A stretch of 64,000 nucleotides of DNA from Marsupella aquatica (taxonomy: Eukaryota; Plantae; Marchantiophyta), in NCBI GenBank assembly GCA_973895155.1, contig OZ316897.1:14259375-14323374 (forward strand). The letters run 5' to 3'. Both the position numbers and the translations under genes were made by a program. Shown here in pieces: positions 48,789 to 62,664 of the stretch (the first letter of the stretch is position 1; each line of letters starts with the position of its first letter). The notes under the pieces are model-generated. The model had not been told where the DNA came from. It made no database searches and saw nothing but the letters and a program-made list of their open reading frames with translations.

Positions 48789-51285
48789 GCTTAGAAATCG
48801 GCAACAAAAGGTTCGATTTACTCATTATTGTCCGCTCTTGCTGAACATTAAGCCATATTTGGCTTCTCAGAAATTAGTAGCATAGAATGCTAGGTTCTAT
48901 TTGTCATTTTAGAGATCATTTTTCTTATCTGGAGTAGGGTCATTATATTCCCATTATATGCCCAAGTCGATAAGCAAGCGTCACTCATGTTCTATGTTAA
49001 AAGTATTCCTGGTCAGACTCCTTCTCACTTTCAGAGAAGGTCGAAAACCTCTGCTATCAGTGTGAATACAAAGAGATTTATCACCACGATTTCCATCAAC
49101 GATGTCCGTGATGAGAAACTCCTCTAATGTTGAAACTGTCTTGGAGGCTCACGCCACCAAATCTCATCTACATGCATCTCATTTGGTATTAGCCGTAATC
49201 ATTGAACATATGTCTTTGTATACATGCTCTGAAAAGATATCAAATTGAGCCCAGCCTAGCACAAGAACGTACAGATCCAGTTTTGTGGATTGACTGGGTC
49301 CTTTGAGCTTTAGTTCTGGAACTCGTACTGTTAGAAGAAACTACTGTAGTATCCTTGTGTAGCCTGATGAAAGTTCAAATCATACGATGTTGCAAGTAAT
49401 ATATGAACAAAAGTATGACTGGTGTTGAAACGTGACCACCCAGGGTCAATAATTCGGCTAGTTGCATTGATAGGTTCTATTACCTTGGCTTGCCGGAACA
49501 AGAAGTAATTATTGTGGAATGACTCTGCCGGGAGCTTTGTCGATGGTGCTTGTCGATGGCGTACTGTCTGATGTTTAATCCATTAATGACCTCTGTGAGG
49601 GTACTTCTCATTCTGGTGTTTAATCCATTAATGACCTCTGTGAAGGTACTTCTCATAAACCTTCAGGTCCGACCATCAATGAGCTTCCCAACAAAGAGTG
49701 CTAATAAGGACTCCCAGCCCCAAGCAAACAGGCCAAAGTCAAGTCTGGTCCAGTGAAGCCAGGCTCACCAGAAGAGAGTTCTGGCTGGTGTTGGAATCTT
49801 CCTCCCTGCTGACTTGGGCAAATCGTGACTGACTAGAGAAATTAGCTTGGTGTGACTCTGCCCAACAAAAACTAGATTGGTGAGGCGCACTTATTAAAGC
49901 TTCTTTGATCAAAAACTGTAATACGGGGTCCTCAACATCTTTGTGCAATGCAGAGACATCGGGCTAGTAAGTAAAGAAAGAAAGGACTTGGGCGCTTCGT
50001 TTATAAGTGAAGAAAAGACAGGAGTTGGGTCACCATAGCTGACCAGAGAAATTAGCTTGGTGGGACCTGCCCAACAAAAAACAGCAGAACTTACAAGAGC
50101 TTATTTTTCAAGAGAAGAAAGGAAGAAGGAAAGGAAGCGAGGTGGTGTTAAACAGAAGGTATCCATTTTATGGCAATTTCTTCTTTTGCTAACTAAAGCC
50201 GTTTTTAGTGTCACTGTGAGATGGTGTAAACAGTATGTGTTATTTTCTGTCGGATCTGTACATTTTTGTTTGTGCTTGATGCCAAAAATGCAACAGGATA
50301 TTAACCCTTTCTTTTGCTAATCATTTTTGTTCTTAATTAGCGTCATTATAAGATGGTGTAAACAGAATATTTCATTCTTCTCTTGCACCGTGAAGAAATG
50401 CAGTGTGGATACCTTGCATTATCTGCCACAATAAGATGCCTCTATAGAAACCAGCTTTATCATTTTTTATTAGACCATCCTGCAAATTGGTTGAAAAGAC
50501 TAACCTGCCCCTCAAAACTAATTTAAGTTTTAGGTAAATCCCCCCCACCCAAGAACATAATAATTTGTATATGGGGTGACTTCAGACGACTATGCTATTC
50601 AAAGATGATATGCCATTGGTTTTTGGACTCATGGAGTCCCTAACCCCCTCCAACTATACAGTCACCCTGTACAAGGTTCCCTCATCTGACACACGTGCCA
50701 CCTTCTCTCTACAAGAACAAGCTATTGCATTTTAGTCCATGTAGTTTCCTACACTTTTGTTTATAGTTGGAGAGGGTTAAAATGAACAAATGATGAGCCT
50801 GTATGTGTCCCCGACGCATTATCTCAGGTTAATCTGGTCTGGTTTACCCCAGAGGGAACCCTACAATTGAATTAGTTTGAGGCCAGATCATTAATTCTGA
50901 CTAGACATTTTACAGTATCTAGTGTCACTAGAAACCAACAATTAGTGTCAAACACACTAATTATGGGTTGCTGGTGAGTTTTCAAGTGACACTATTTGCT
51001 GTCATCTCCAATTCAGACAAAACATTTGATATCTTAAAAAAGGTGATAATTAGAGGTGACAATGTTTTTCATAAGGAGGTTGTGAATTTCTAGAGTTTGC
51101 TCCATGTGCTGAGCAGTACATGTGAATTTTGTACGCTGTAGTCAAATATTGTGCACATTTTAAATTATTTTACAAGCAAAATTTGATTACTGTTCATTCT
51201 CTTGTCAAATTTATGTTTGTGCAACTCTATTTGACTTGTGACCACAATGAGCATTATGCCATAGCAGTGCCACACACACAAATTT

Positions 51286-51475
51286 TGTCACCTACCTCAA
51301 ATATAAGTTCATAGTAGATATAGTGTCACCTACCTCAAATATAAGTTCATAGTAGATATAGTATCACCTACCTCAAATATAAGTTCACAGTAAATAGAGG
51401 GTCATCTACCTCAAATAGAAGTTCATAGTAAATATAGTGTCACCTACCTCAAATATAAGTTCATAGTAAATAGAG
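51286..51475 (+). repeat. 38-bp minisatellite x5
   Basis: tgtcacctacctcaaatataagttcatagtagatatag. Confidence 0.9.
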
Positions 51476-52898
51476 TGTGTGATAGTAAATCGTATAAAGA
51501 TGTGAGACTTGATACTGAAAGGGTTTTCGCGTTCCGTTTAGTGCAGTGCTTCAATAGGCAATCGATGACAAACGGAATTGACTGAGGCAGAGACCATCAT
51601 TATCATCGAAGAAGCTGCAACGACGGAGAAGTTGGTGAGTGGTTTTCTCTTTTGTGGCCGTGCTCTGTCTCGTCCCGAAAAATACTTACAAATGTGTTGT
51701 TCTGTGTTCTCATTCAGCATGTTCGTTCGTTCTTTGTTAGGTCTCGTACATGGCGATCCATTTTCTTTTTCTTTCACTGAAAGCAGCTTTTTCCCGTCTG
51801 TGCCGAAGGACCTTCACATTGATCCTGTAATGATTGTGGATTCTAATGATTGAATGGAGTTCTCGTTCTCGAGTTCACGGAAGGGTCTTCCAGTGCTTGG
51901 GCTCGCGTTGGGGTCTGGGTTTCGGGTTAGGGTTTAGGGTTTAGAGCTGCATCTGAGCTTGTGAATGACACACTGGCAGCGGCATTCCTACATTTCGGGA
52001 AACCCTAAGCCCATGGATAGGGCAGAACAGGGAAGGGGAGATAATAGTATGAACAGGGAAAAGGAGAGGATTCTGTTTCGATGATTTGGGATTGAAATGC
52101 TCAGGGAAGAGCGAGTATAGAGCAGCAGCTGCCGGCTGGGATTGACAGTGATTGGCAAAGCTGGAATTGAGTCACCCATGCTTTGTGATGTGGTTTGGGG
52201 TTTTTGTGAGCATCAATTGGCGTTGCCTGACCACAAAATGGAAAGCATGGAAACACTGGAAATGTATGCACAGAATGGCTTTTCAACCGAGTTCGTCGAG
52301 TAGTATATTTGGAGGTGCATTTGGTGGTTTTTCCGGTGTAATTCCTTGCTACTGTTGCTATGATTCCATTCGTCCTTAAAGCTTGGATTTTCCGCGAAGA
52401 TCTGGTAATTTATTGACAATTGTGTGGGCTTACGGATCAGGCGTTGAGGTTATGGAGAATGGTTCGAATGTGCGGAGGTCCCTGCGGTGGTGAGGAGCCC
52501 TTGGCGCTCCTCACCACCGCATTCGGGCAACAGTTTTGGATTGCATTGAAGTGAGAAGAAGGTTCCGATGGTGGCATGGCTGAAAGGGGAGAAAATTGGA
52601 GCGCAGAAGCGTTTTGTCGGAAGATTTGTAGGTCTTCACGTCTGGGGCATTTCAAGGATTCGTCACATGAAGTGCTGGCAGTTTGGCCAACTATAATGGA
52701 GGTGCTATCTTTGGAGCAAAATGCACTCCATGAGATTGCAGATATCTGGAAAGTATAATGTGCCTCAACTAGATGGTTTCTGTTTTGGATTGTGATGCAA
52801 ATTTTCATCCAAGTTGCCTTCATACACTTGCTCCAGACCGCCGGCTCTAAGACGTTTTGCTGGCTAAAACCTGGAACTTATTCTCAACGAGGGCAGTG

Positions 52899-54149
52899 AT
52901 GCTTTCCATCAAGCGGGGCCTGTATGGCTTGGTTGGCAGAGTAGCCAAACTATCTCATCGACATGCAGTTGGCATTAATGCCCTCAGTCCGGTGCTAGGG
53001 CAAAGGGTTTTGTCATCGAGAACAACATCCGGCTTCTCCAAAAAGGCTGTATTCGAAATTGGTGGTGAGCATTATGAAATCGGGACTAGTCTGCTTCTGG
53101 GGCCTTCAAGGTCCTTTGCTGTGACGTCTCAAATTAGTGTACTGGACACGACGGAAGAAGAAGAAGAAGAAGAAGAAGAAGAAGAAGAAGAAGAAGAAGA
53201 AGAATCTATATCGTCTCAGCCGAGTGTACTGGATACGCCGGAGGAAGCAGAACGGCACAAGAAGACGAGTTTTTTGCTTTCCCTCGGTCTCACGAAGGAT
53301 CAGGCTCTTCGAGTCTTGAAGCAATGTCCTTTGCTGTTGCTTATGAGCGTGGAAGATGAACTTGAGCCCAAAGTCGGTTTTTTAAAGACCCTTGGCGTCA
53401 ATGATCTTGCCAAAGTGATTGTTTTCTCCCCAAATCTTCTCATCTGTAAAATAGAGATGAACTTGATGCCGAAAGTGGCATTTTTTGAAAGTCTTGGGAT
53501 TCAAAGGCAGAGCATAGGGAAGATTATTGAGCGGTATCCTACTGTACTGACCTATAGCGTGGAGGGAAACATGATGTCCAAGACAAAGTTTCTGGAGAGC
53601 ATTGGCCTCGAGCGGGAGAATATAGCAAGAGTAATCATGCGGTCTCCTTATATATTTGCTCTGAGCATCGAGGAGAACATGAGGCCAAAGGTCGAACTGC
53701 TCGAGAGTATTGGCGTTGACAAGAGGTTCATGAGCAAGTTGATCACAAGATGCCCTAAAATCTTTTGTCTTAGTAATGAGGACAACGTTTTGCCAAAGAT
53801 AAAGTATCTGGAAAGTGTTGGTGTGCAGAAGGGAAGCATGGGGAAGATAGTGGCCACTTGTCCAAGCATTTTGAACTTGAGCACTTCTCATATTCAGAAG
53901 AAGCTCGACTTTTTACAGGCCAACGATTACTCTGTAAAGAAAGTTGTGAATGAATTTCCAGTGTACTTGACCTATAGTCTGGAGCAGAGGATAAAGCCTA
54001 GACATAAGTTGATTGCTTGTCTTAAGGAGCTGGGCCTACTTAAAAGGGATTATTCTCTCAGCCACATTCTACAGATTTCCCAGAGGCAGTTTCTTAGAGA
54101 TTTTGTTCAGACACATCCTCAGGGTGCCAGTATTTACACTGGTTCGTAA
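52899..54149 (+). CDS. mTERF family protein (organellar), single coding exon, with a (GAA)17 poly-Glu tract at 53154-53204
   Basis: Repeated ~36-aa P.lL..svE.nl.PKv.fLeslG units and a C-terminal YSLEQRIKPRH. Confidence 0.92.
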   Translation: MLSIKRGLYGLVGRVAKLSHRHAVGINALSPVLGQRVLSSRTTSGFSKKAVFEIGGEHYEIGTSLLLGPSRSFAVTSQISVLDTTEEEEEEEEEEEEEEEEESISSQPSVLDTPEEAERHKKTSFLLSLGLTKDQALRVLKQCPLLLLMSVEDELEPKVGFLKTLGVNDLAKVIVFSPNLLICKIEMNLMPKVAFFESLGIQRQSIGKIIERYPTVLTYSVEGNMMSKTKFLESIGLERENIARVIMRSPYIFALSIEENMRPKVELLESIGVDKRFMSKLITRCPKIFCLSNEDNVLPKIKYLESVGVQKGSMGKIVATCPSILNLSTSHIQKKLDFLQANDYSVKKVVNEFPVYLTYSLEQRIKPRHKLIACLKELGLLKRDYSLSHILQISQRQFLRDFVQTHPQGASIYTGS

Positions 54150-56000
54150 TCTTCTCTATAGAAGTTAGCATTCGACAAGGGAATGCCTTAGTTGAAATCT
54201 AAAATGGAGGAAAGCAGCAGGTATGAAAATTGCAGGAAGTTTGAGTTGTTCCTTTCCCATGTATCAAAGACACATGCAATGGCAGATACAGTGCTCGCAA
54301 TAGAAAATTTGAGTACAGCAAGCCTGATACTTGGGAAAAGGATTTGGACCTAAAGTAGTGTGTTTTTGGGGAGGTCAGGGGTTGCAGCATTTGAATGATT
54401 TGAATTCGATAGATGTAGGTGTTTCAGAAGAATGTTCTGAGAGTGGTCTGCCTAATGGGTTTCAAGCAGTTGTCAGAATGGTTTTTTCCTTGGAAGCTCC
54501 TGACAAAAGCTTGCAGTAGTCGACCTGATTTTGATGCAGCAGTCAAGAGAGGACAAAGTTTAAATTGATGTCCAACTGTATTCAGATCAGTCTCTGCTAA
54601 TAGTTTGGTCGAACCAGAGAGTTAAACGCTTACAGGTGGCCGAATCTGTTGCGTCCATGGCTCGTTCTTGCATTGGGATTTGCGAATTATTGTACTGTAA
54701 TCTTACTTAATGAAGGAAAGAGGTCGTTCTCTTCGTAAAGTTTCCATGTCACTCGGGGCATGTGAAAATGTTTTTTTTCAACCGAGTTTGGGTGTGATGT
54801 ACCCAGACCTGGACCAGGCAGTTTCGGAATGTTGCGTCTCACTGTCTCTGTTGTTTGTATGCACCTGCGTGTGAGTAGCCTGAAATGCTGGCAGGCACTT
54901 TGCAATACACTCCGAGGCAATATTTTGTGCGTGCCGGTCCAGATTGAACTTCGCTGGCTTTTCTGTTTCGGATTATAGATTGCACCGTGCTTCATTTCTC
55001 ATCATCTTGGAACTTGCTCCGTCACGAGCTTCCAAAACATCAGCTATCTTCTGGGTGATACTTGAAAAGTTCTATCAGAGAGAAACGAGGAGACAGCTAA
55101 AAGTTTGCCGACACTTCATGAGATTTGATTGGAGTGGCGGCACATAAAACTTATGGGGCAAAACATTGGCCTCGCTGTGGCATAATATGTAAGACTACGA
55201 CAAATGTCATCGAATTGACATATGATTGATTTGAAACCGCGACTTCCAGAAGGAAGAGGATGTTACTCATGCTACGGCATGCTTCATAACGCCAACAAAA
55301 ATTCGCTAATTGGGCAGAGTATATGGTCAAACACTTTTTGCTTCCCACAATTTCAAAAAAATTCCATTCCAAGAAATATGGTCATCTTCTTCACGTGCAA
55401 GCTACCATAACTGACGTAATTGAGACAAAGTCTTTGTCCCCACGCCACCCACCCCTCGACTGCTTCCTTATCTGTAAGTGAGAGAGAATGGAAATCAGGA
55501 GTGTCTAGACTACTCTACAGTGACCCATAGAGAGCAGAGTCGACAGAACGGGGTAAAGGGAATGGAATTACGCCATCACGACAACATCGCAGTGAGTAGG
55601 AAGGCTCCATCCCAATCCTGCATGGCATCCTGATAAAACGGGTAAATTTAATCCCTCGAAGTTTAACCGAAGTTTGTCGAATGGCCATAGATGGTCGCGA
55701 ATCGATTACAGGCAACGGGTAAATTACTCCCTGGAACCGAAGTTTACCAAATGACCAGAGATGGTCGCGAATTGATTACAGAACTCAAAATCCGTCTTGG
55801 TTGACTCAACTTCATAGTAATTTGGAAGATAAACAACAGTCTCCCACACCAACAATTGCTGCAGGTGTCCACGCTATCTCTCTACTTCAATTGCCGAGCT
55901 GGTGAGTATATTGACATGATTATTATTTCGCCTCAGTCTTGCTGAGGCGTTGATGTTGCGGTGATGCCGGTTTCAAAACAGAGTACGAGTAAACTCCTCT

Positions 56001-57374
56001 TTACTTCGCGTCCTTCGACAAGAACATCTGCTTCGCGGGGACGGCGTTGGTATATTGGTCTACGGAGCTCCCAGCTTCAAAAACAGCTGCAGCTCCCATA
56101 CCGGTACCAATACACATGGATACAACGCCATACCGCGTGTCCTTGCCCCGTTTCTTCATTTCATGGAGGAGCGTTGCTGTCGCCCGAGCTCCCGTGGTGC
56201 CGAGAGGATGGCCAATAGCCATCGCTCCCCCGTTGACGTTCACCTTGTCCATGTCTAGATCGAGAAACTTCCCGCAGTACACAAATTGCGAGGCGAAAGC
56301 CTCGTTAATTTCAAAGAGATCGATATCGCTAATTTCGAGACCTGCCATCTTCACAGCTGCGGGGATGGCCACGGCGGGACCGATTCCCATGATCGCCGGG
56401 TCGACGCCAACGACGGCAAAACTACGGAAAACGCCCAAGATAGGAAGCCCCTTTTGTACTGCTAATCCCCTCTTCATAAGTAAAGTCGCTGCAGCACCGT
56501 CCGTCACTTGGCTGGAATTGCCAGCCGTGGTGGAACCATTCTTTTTAAATACGGGCTTCAGCTTTTTGAGGTCCTCCAGGGTGGTGCTCGGTCGAATGCC
56601 ATCGTCGACAGAGACAACGATTCTGGTTTCTTCTCCAGTTGTTGGGTTCACAATCTTTGTCTCCACAGGGATGATTTCGTCCTTGAACCGTCCCGACGCG
56701 GTCGCCGCCGCAGCTCGTTGATGAGACACAACGGCAGCTTGATCCTGTTCCGTCCTTGTCACCCCAAAGCGCGCAGCAACGTTTTCGGACGTCATGCCCA
56801 TTGGGAGCATGCAATCCTGAGCTTGCTTGAATTGATCCAGCTTAGGGTTGGGAGCACTACCATCCATTCCCATCGGATTGCTGCTCATCGTTTCCACTCC
56901 AGCACCGATGCCAATTTCGATGAACCCAGCTTTAATTGCAGCTGCGACATCCGCAATCGCTTGCAAACCGGACGAGCACTGCCGATTGACTGTCCGAATG
57001 GGGACGGTCTCAGGGATCCCCGCGAAGAACGAGGCCATCCGACATTCCATTGCACGGTAAGACCCCGGCGCGAGCACAGTCCCGACCACAATATCCCCCA
57101 CCTCCGCAGGATTCACTCCCGTTCGTTCCAGCACCGCCTTCAACACGGGAGCCAACAGATCATCCGCGCTCGTGTCCTTGAACCCACCCCGTCTGGCCCT
57201 CGTTAGGGCCGTGCGGTAAGCAGCCACGATCACCACATCGTCGTCGTAGTCGGTGAACCTACTCTGTGCCATACATGTCGATGTCGCAATTCCTCCTCCT
57301 CGTCGCGCTCCTCCGGGTCCCTCTGGCCTCAAATGATCCAGCAGGACCTGTTGCCTTGCGCGCACACTCTCCAT
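56001..57374 (-). CDS. KAT2: Peroxisomal 3-ketoacyl-CoA thiolase, intronless
   Basis: PTS2 RQQVLLDHL; NRQCSSG, NEAF, GHPLG and CIGTGMG catalytic motifs. Confidence 0.95.
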   Translation of the reverse strand: MESVRARQQVLLDHLRPEGPGGARRGGGIATSTCMAQSRFTDYDDDVVIVAAYRTALTRARRGGFKDTSADDLLAPVLKAVLERTGVNPAEVGDIVVGTVLAPGSYRAMECRMASFFAGIPETVPIRTVNRQCSSGLQAIADVAAAIKAGFIEIGIGAGVETMSSNPMGMDGSAPNPKLDQFKQAQDCMLPMGMTSENVAARFGVTRTEQDQAAVVSHQRAAAATASGRFKDEIIPVETKIVNPTTGEETRIVVSVDDGIRPSTTLEDLKKLKPVFKKNGSTTAGNSSQVTDGAAATLLMKRGLAVQKGLPILGVFRSFAVVGVDPAIMGIGPAVAIPAAVKMAGLEISDIDLFEINEAFASQFVYCGKFLDLDMDKVNVNGGAMAIGHPLGTTGARATATLLHEMKKRGKDTRYGVVSMCIGTGMGAAAVFEAGSSVDQYTNAVPAKQMFLSKDAK

Positions 57375-58481
57375 CTCAATAATCTCTCTCTCTCTCCACA
57401 AGAAATTTCGTTCCGAAACTTTCAACTAATCAAGCAAAGAACGGAGAATCACACAATCGGCAGACCCAATTCGTTCCCCCAAACGTCTGATCTCCTTCTC
57501 TCGCTCGCACCCACAGCGTCTAGGAAACCGATCTTCAACCAGCCCTTCTGTTGTACAGAGGAGAAACGAGACGCAAAAACTAAGGAATGAAGAAAAAGGA
57601 GGTGAGGTCGAAGAAGACCGAATGACGAAGCCGAAATAATACTCTAAACAAAAAAAACCCACCGATCTATATAAAGTAAACTTTACAATCGAGCGAAGCG
57701 GCGAAAGGTGGCGCCTCTAAAAACAGGCCTTACCCAGACTGTAACCGATTGCTTGAGCTCACTCTCGGGGTGTTGCTTGCCTCGTTCCTTTGCAGAGCGA
57801 GGAGGCAGAACATGAGTCCAACGGATCACAGAAAGCGAATCCGTCAATTACGAGCGACCAGCACTGAGCACGACAAATCGATCACAGAACATCATGAGTT
57901 TGCTGCGTTTCTCTGATTGCGAAAAGCTGTCAATTGAGGACTAGCGAACAACAACGACCGATCACAGAAAGTGAGATCGCAGAAAGTGAGAGAAATGAGT
58001 TATGGCATTTATATGATATGATTGCAAGTCCATCATCAACAACACTCGATCACGTGCAGAAACTGACCTATTGGGTTTTCATGTGACTGCCACTTCTATC
58101 GATTGACTTAAGAGCGAGCACGAAAAGGGATATAATTACATGAAAGGGACTGACCGACCTGTTGTGGTTATCTAATTGCGAATCTGTCAATTGATGATGG
58201 GTAGGGAGATCTATTCTTAACTGGGATTTCCAATTTCCATGCCTCCCGGGTTAAAGTACGCTTTAGGAATGTTGGGATACTCCATTTCATTCGCTGAAGC
58301 ATCTTAAATATATTTTAAAGAAAAAAATACATCTATCTGTATTCTAAGTATTTTTAACTATAATAAAGAATCTCATCGTTTTCACTCTCTCTTGAATATA
58401 TCTATCTGCATTCGAAGTACTTTCAACTATAATAAAAAATTTCACCTTTTTCACTCTCTCATGGTCTATTTATGAAGTCCC

Positions 58482-59375
58482 CATGAAAGTAGTTAACCAG
58501 GCCCCCTCCAACATCTTCTGAACCCCAAAGATGGATTCAGTACTTGACGAGGCCCTTGGGACGGTGTGCCGTCAAAAATCCAAAAACATGCATGAAGGCC
58601 GTCAAAAATCCAAAAAACATGCATGAAGGCCGTAAAAAATCCAAAAAACATGCATGAAGTTTGCAGCATAGACCTTACAACATAGGGTGCCACAGAACTG
58701 ACAACTTTTTAGTTTTTGATAAATCTCATTAATTTATTGAATTGCTAACTGCATTCTGTTTGAGCTGAAAATTGTTTGGTGCTATCTCCAACATTCAGGT
58801 TACTTACTGGAAAAAGTTGAGGGGTGTGGACACCTCCAACACTCAATCAAACATACTCAAACATCATTCTACAAGCTAGGTACAATTTATCTACATCATA
58901 TATTGCACTTTTCTTTAGGTACCTAGAGCAAAGTTTGAACTAAAACTAAGTTAGAATATTCAAAGTGAGGAGTAAAAGTATTATGCTTCAGTGAAACACA
59001 TGACCTAAAGTATGAAATGTCTCAGTGTAGATTTCCTAGTATATAAGACTGAGTGGTAGGAGAGTTTAAAAAACTCCCAACTTCTTCAGTGGTTAGCTTG
59101 AACTAGAGAATCATACCAAACAATCTTAAGCTCAAACAAATATCATTTCATCATCCAAAAAAGTATTAGAATTTATCAGAAATTAACATTTTGTAGGTTT
59201 GTGGCACCCTTAGTCAAGTAGTATCACCCTATGTAGCAACACTTGTGACAAATTTAAATGCATTTTTGGATGTTTGATGGCTGACCATCCGAAGAGCATG
59301 GTCAAGTCCTGAACCCATCTTTGTGGTCCATCAAGTCCATAAGATGCTGAAGGGACCTTGTTAAGTACTTTCATG
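58482..59375. mobile_element. Degenerate foldback/MITE-like element with long imperfect inverted arms
   Basis: catgaaagtagttaaccagg..ccaaagatggattcagtacttgac matches the reverse complement of 59256-59375; further arm matches at 58682-58830 versus 59070-59212. Confidence 0.7.
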
Positions 59376-62300
59376 TAGATTTGTTTTTTACTCTCATGGT
59401 TTGTTTACAAAATGGGATAAGCTCAAACTGATTGTGACCATTGGATTTAAATTAGAATCTTTCTTAAGCATTAGATCTGGGAAAAGGGAGAAAGAAGGGG
59501 GCAAGAAGGGAAGCCCCAAGGCACTTTGGAAATTGATGTTGGCTCACCAAGTGACTAAATGGGTATGGAAACTCAAGGGACACCCATAAGGGCTCCATAT
59601 CACATTTACAAATACTTGGGGTGATATGGAGGCAAGTCACATAAATATGGAAGCAAGACACAAATATGGGAGTGAGTTATGGGTTGAGGGGATTGCTCTG
59701 TTTTTTCCCTGTTTGGAGTTTAATGATTTTTTTCAGTCTCATATCCACCCATACACACCTCTTGCCTCACCTGCCCGCCCACAATAAAGAAATATAATTC
59801 CGAAGTTCTAAACCATTGATGAGATTTGTGTTGACTGCACCAGGAGCCCAACAGTCACGCTGACATTAACTCCTCTTCGACAAAAATCAAACTTGCTTAC
59901 TCCATATACACACCGTCAATTGTTAATCCAAAACTGCTAGCCCAATTCAACATGTGACCGTGTTAGGCAGGGAGACAGAAAGTTCAACTTCGAGCTTGTA
60001 ACAACTGAATATATTCAACAGTTCACAGGTTCGAGGGGGGTCATTTGTATTCTTTACTGACCACTGAGAACTATTTAGAGGAACGAGACCCTCCAAGAAA
60101 GCAATGGGTCAGAACCTGACCTATGTGGAAGAGAAATCTAGCAAAGATGCTGAGGAGCTTGGCAAAGTTCTTGGCTCTGTAGGAGACACCAGAGGACTAC
60201 ACTCTTCCCAAATTAGTCCCAGAACGCTTGAATTCACTCACAGATGAACTAAATTCGCTTCGAATTCACTCGTTGCCAAAGTTTCTGTAAGTTTAATTGC
60301 CCATACTTAGGCCTTGAGATTACCCGCAACAACTATTCCATGGTCGCAACAACAATTCCGCACATCAAATGAGTCCACCTCATGGTTGCCATCACACATA
60401 AGATACCTCAACAACTTGCTTGCTATGGGATCTAAAAGTGACAAACATGGGAATATGAAGTGGGGATGGACAAGGTTTTTCTGTGTGCCCATGCCATGGA
60501 CTTTGTCAAGTCATCAGCGAGTGTACATTGAAAAGAATAAGTGACCTGTTACTTTTGGAAGGATGCCCCTAGTATTTTCTGCATGTGTCCCGACAAACTC
60601 TAAACTGTTAGTTTGGCAGACTTGTGCATTTATTTGGACAACTTTGTGACTTTGTTTTAGCTCAAATTTTTCCAACATGTTTTCTGACGTGCAGTCTACT
60701 ACCTGACAAAGTTTGAGATTTCATGAGATCATTTGCTCCATTTATGATAAGCAATTTTTTTATCAATTATCATAAACTAACCTCAAGCAACCACTCACTT
60801 TTGTGAGGGATGCCCTGCATGAGTAGTTTGGGCATGAACGACAAATTACCACTTTTGGAAAGGATGCATGTGAAAGATATCCTGAGTACTTTGGGCATGA
60901 GCAGTGACTCACTACCAGCCCAACTAATTGAATTGGGCTACAAATGGTCAGGAGCCCATTTACAGGTCACATTACAATCTAAAGTGTAAAAGATTATATC
61001 CATTTAAAAACCATTCGTGGCATTCCATCCCAACTTTGGAAATCCATCCAGGTTTCACATCAAACCCCAAGGTTCATCAAGGCTTCATAGTCCAAACCTG
61101 GCTTGATATTCCAAATTTGGAGACACAATCCCAAAGGCAGGCTACCCAATAAAAAGAAAAAGAAAAAGAGAAGTCAAGTGCAAAAAGAGGGAAGAGTTCA
61201 AAAGCGGAGAGTCCTGCTGAAAAAAATAAAATAAGGAAGGCACTAAAGGCCTACTGAAATTAGCCAGTTTCCCACATGCTGTAGCCAGAGACCCCATCCC
61301 ATAATTCTAAGGTTTTCCTTCCACTCATTGAGATCAACGTTTCCCACCTAGCCACATACCCCATCCTTCAGAATCTGACGGTCCTACTTAAATGTATAGT
61401 GATCTTAGGTCAGAAAATTAATCCGGGGAAATTAGACAAGGAACCTACTTACGATCTTCACCTTACACCTCGTGACATTCGCTGCTCTGGCGAAAAAGGA
61501 AAAACTTAAGAAACACACTCTGTTCAGAGTGTTTTGGGTTCAGCTTCTTGTAGGTGGAATTCCTCGCTACTCTTGTGCCGTGCTCCTCGTAATTCTGGTC
61601 TTGGATCATGAGTCGGGCAATTTTCTGCGTTCCTGTATTCAAATTCGGGCACTCAATTTCCTCACCTAGCTTGCAATGGTGTATCATGATGTCTTCGGAT
61701 CTTGCTCAGCAGATGGCATTACAATTATCGGGTCAAACAGTTCTTCCAGTTGGAAAACAGTGCAGAGTTAGAGTTCTGGATTTTGCGAGCGAGGTCAAAA
61801 GTTATCCACAACGCATGAAAGCTGGACGGGACGAGACGTTGAATTTGTCCTTGTTTCGATGCTCTAAATTGATAATCAAAGGCAAGGTAGCAGCCACTAT
61901 GGCGCTTTTCAAACATGTTCACTTTTATTATTCAAGATTGGCTAGCATGCTCCCTTATGTACCGCTCCTTTGAAGTCCTACCCCGGAAGGTTAGGGACAT
62001 GATGGTTGTAGCACAAAATTACGGGTGAGTTTCTGCTGTGCTAACCACACCTGCCACTATAAAAGCCCCATTCCATGTCTCACTACTCACCATAAAATGT
62101 GGAACACTGGCACCTTTTTGTGAAGCACTTGCCAATAAAACGTTTTGCACTTTACAATGAGAGCTTTGTAGGGACAGGACGTGTATGCTGGCAACTGCTT
62201 TAATAGAGACATCTAGTTCACCTATCTCAAGAAGAAAGTTTCCTAGTACTAACTCTAACGAGCTCCAGTACCGTCATGTACGGGACTCCAACTATTCTTG

Positions 62301-62664
62301 TAAACCAGCAATTAACCACTCGACAATATCTCGTGACATTCAATGTGCTTCGAAACAAATTTCTGCAACTAAAGATGTTTACTGGCGCGTGACATTTCCT
62401 CCCGGAAAAAATGTGCAACCACCGTGAGGGACTAGCTGGTTGCGGACTGTTCGAGACTTGAGGTTGAAATGGAAGTACGACACACGGGAGCTCCCGGCAA
62501 CGATGACTGTCGAATGTAGGCGACATGGAAATTGCGGGGGAAACTGGCGGGTCGTGCCTCTGCTCTGAGTATACGCGTATCCGCAACTAACACTTTCCCA
62601 AAAGTTCTAAAACAAGGTTGACAAGTCCAACAAGATCCAACACCATTAGACCCCAGGAATCCGC

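Noticed and set aside
51918-51945. Telomeric array
   Set aside because: Only 2-3 TTTAGGG-like units; at most telo-box motifs upstream of the mTERF gene.
56047-57206. Long + strand ORFs overlapping the thiolase
   Set aside because: Antisense shadows of a GC-rich coding sequence.
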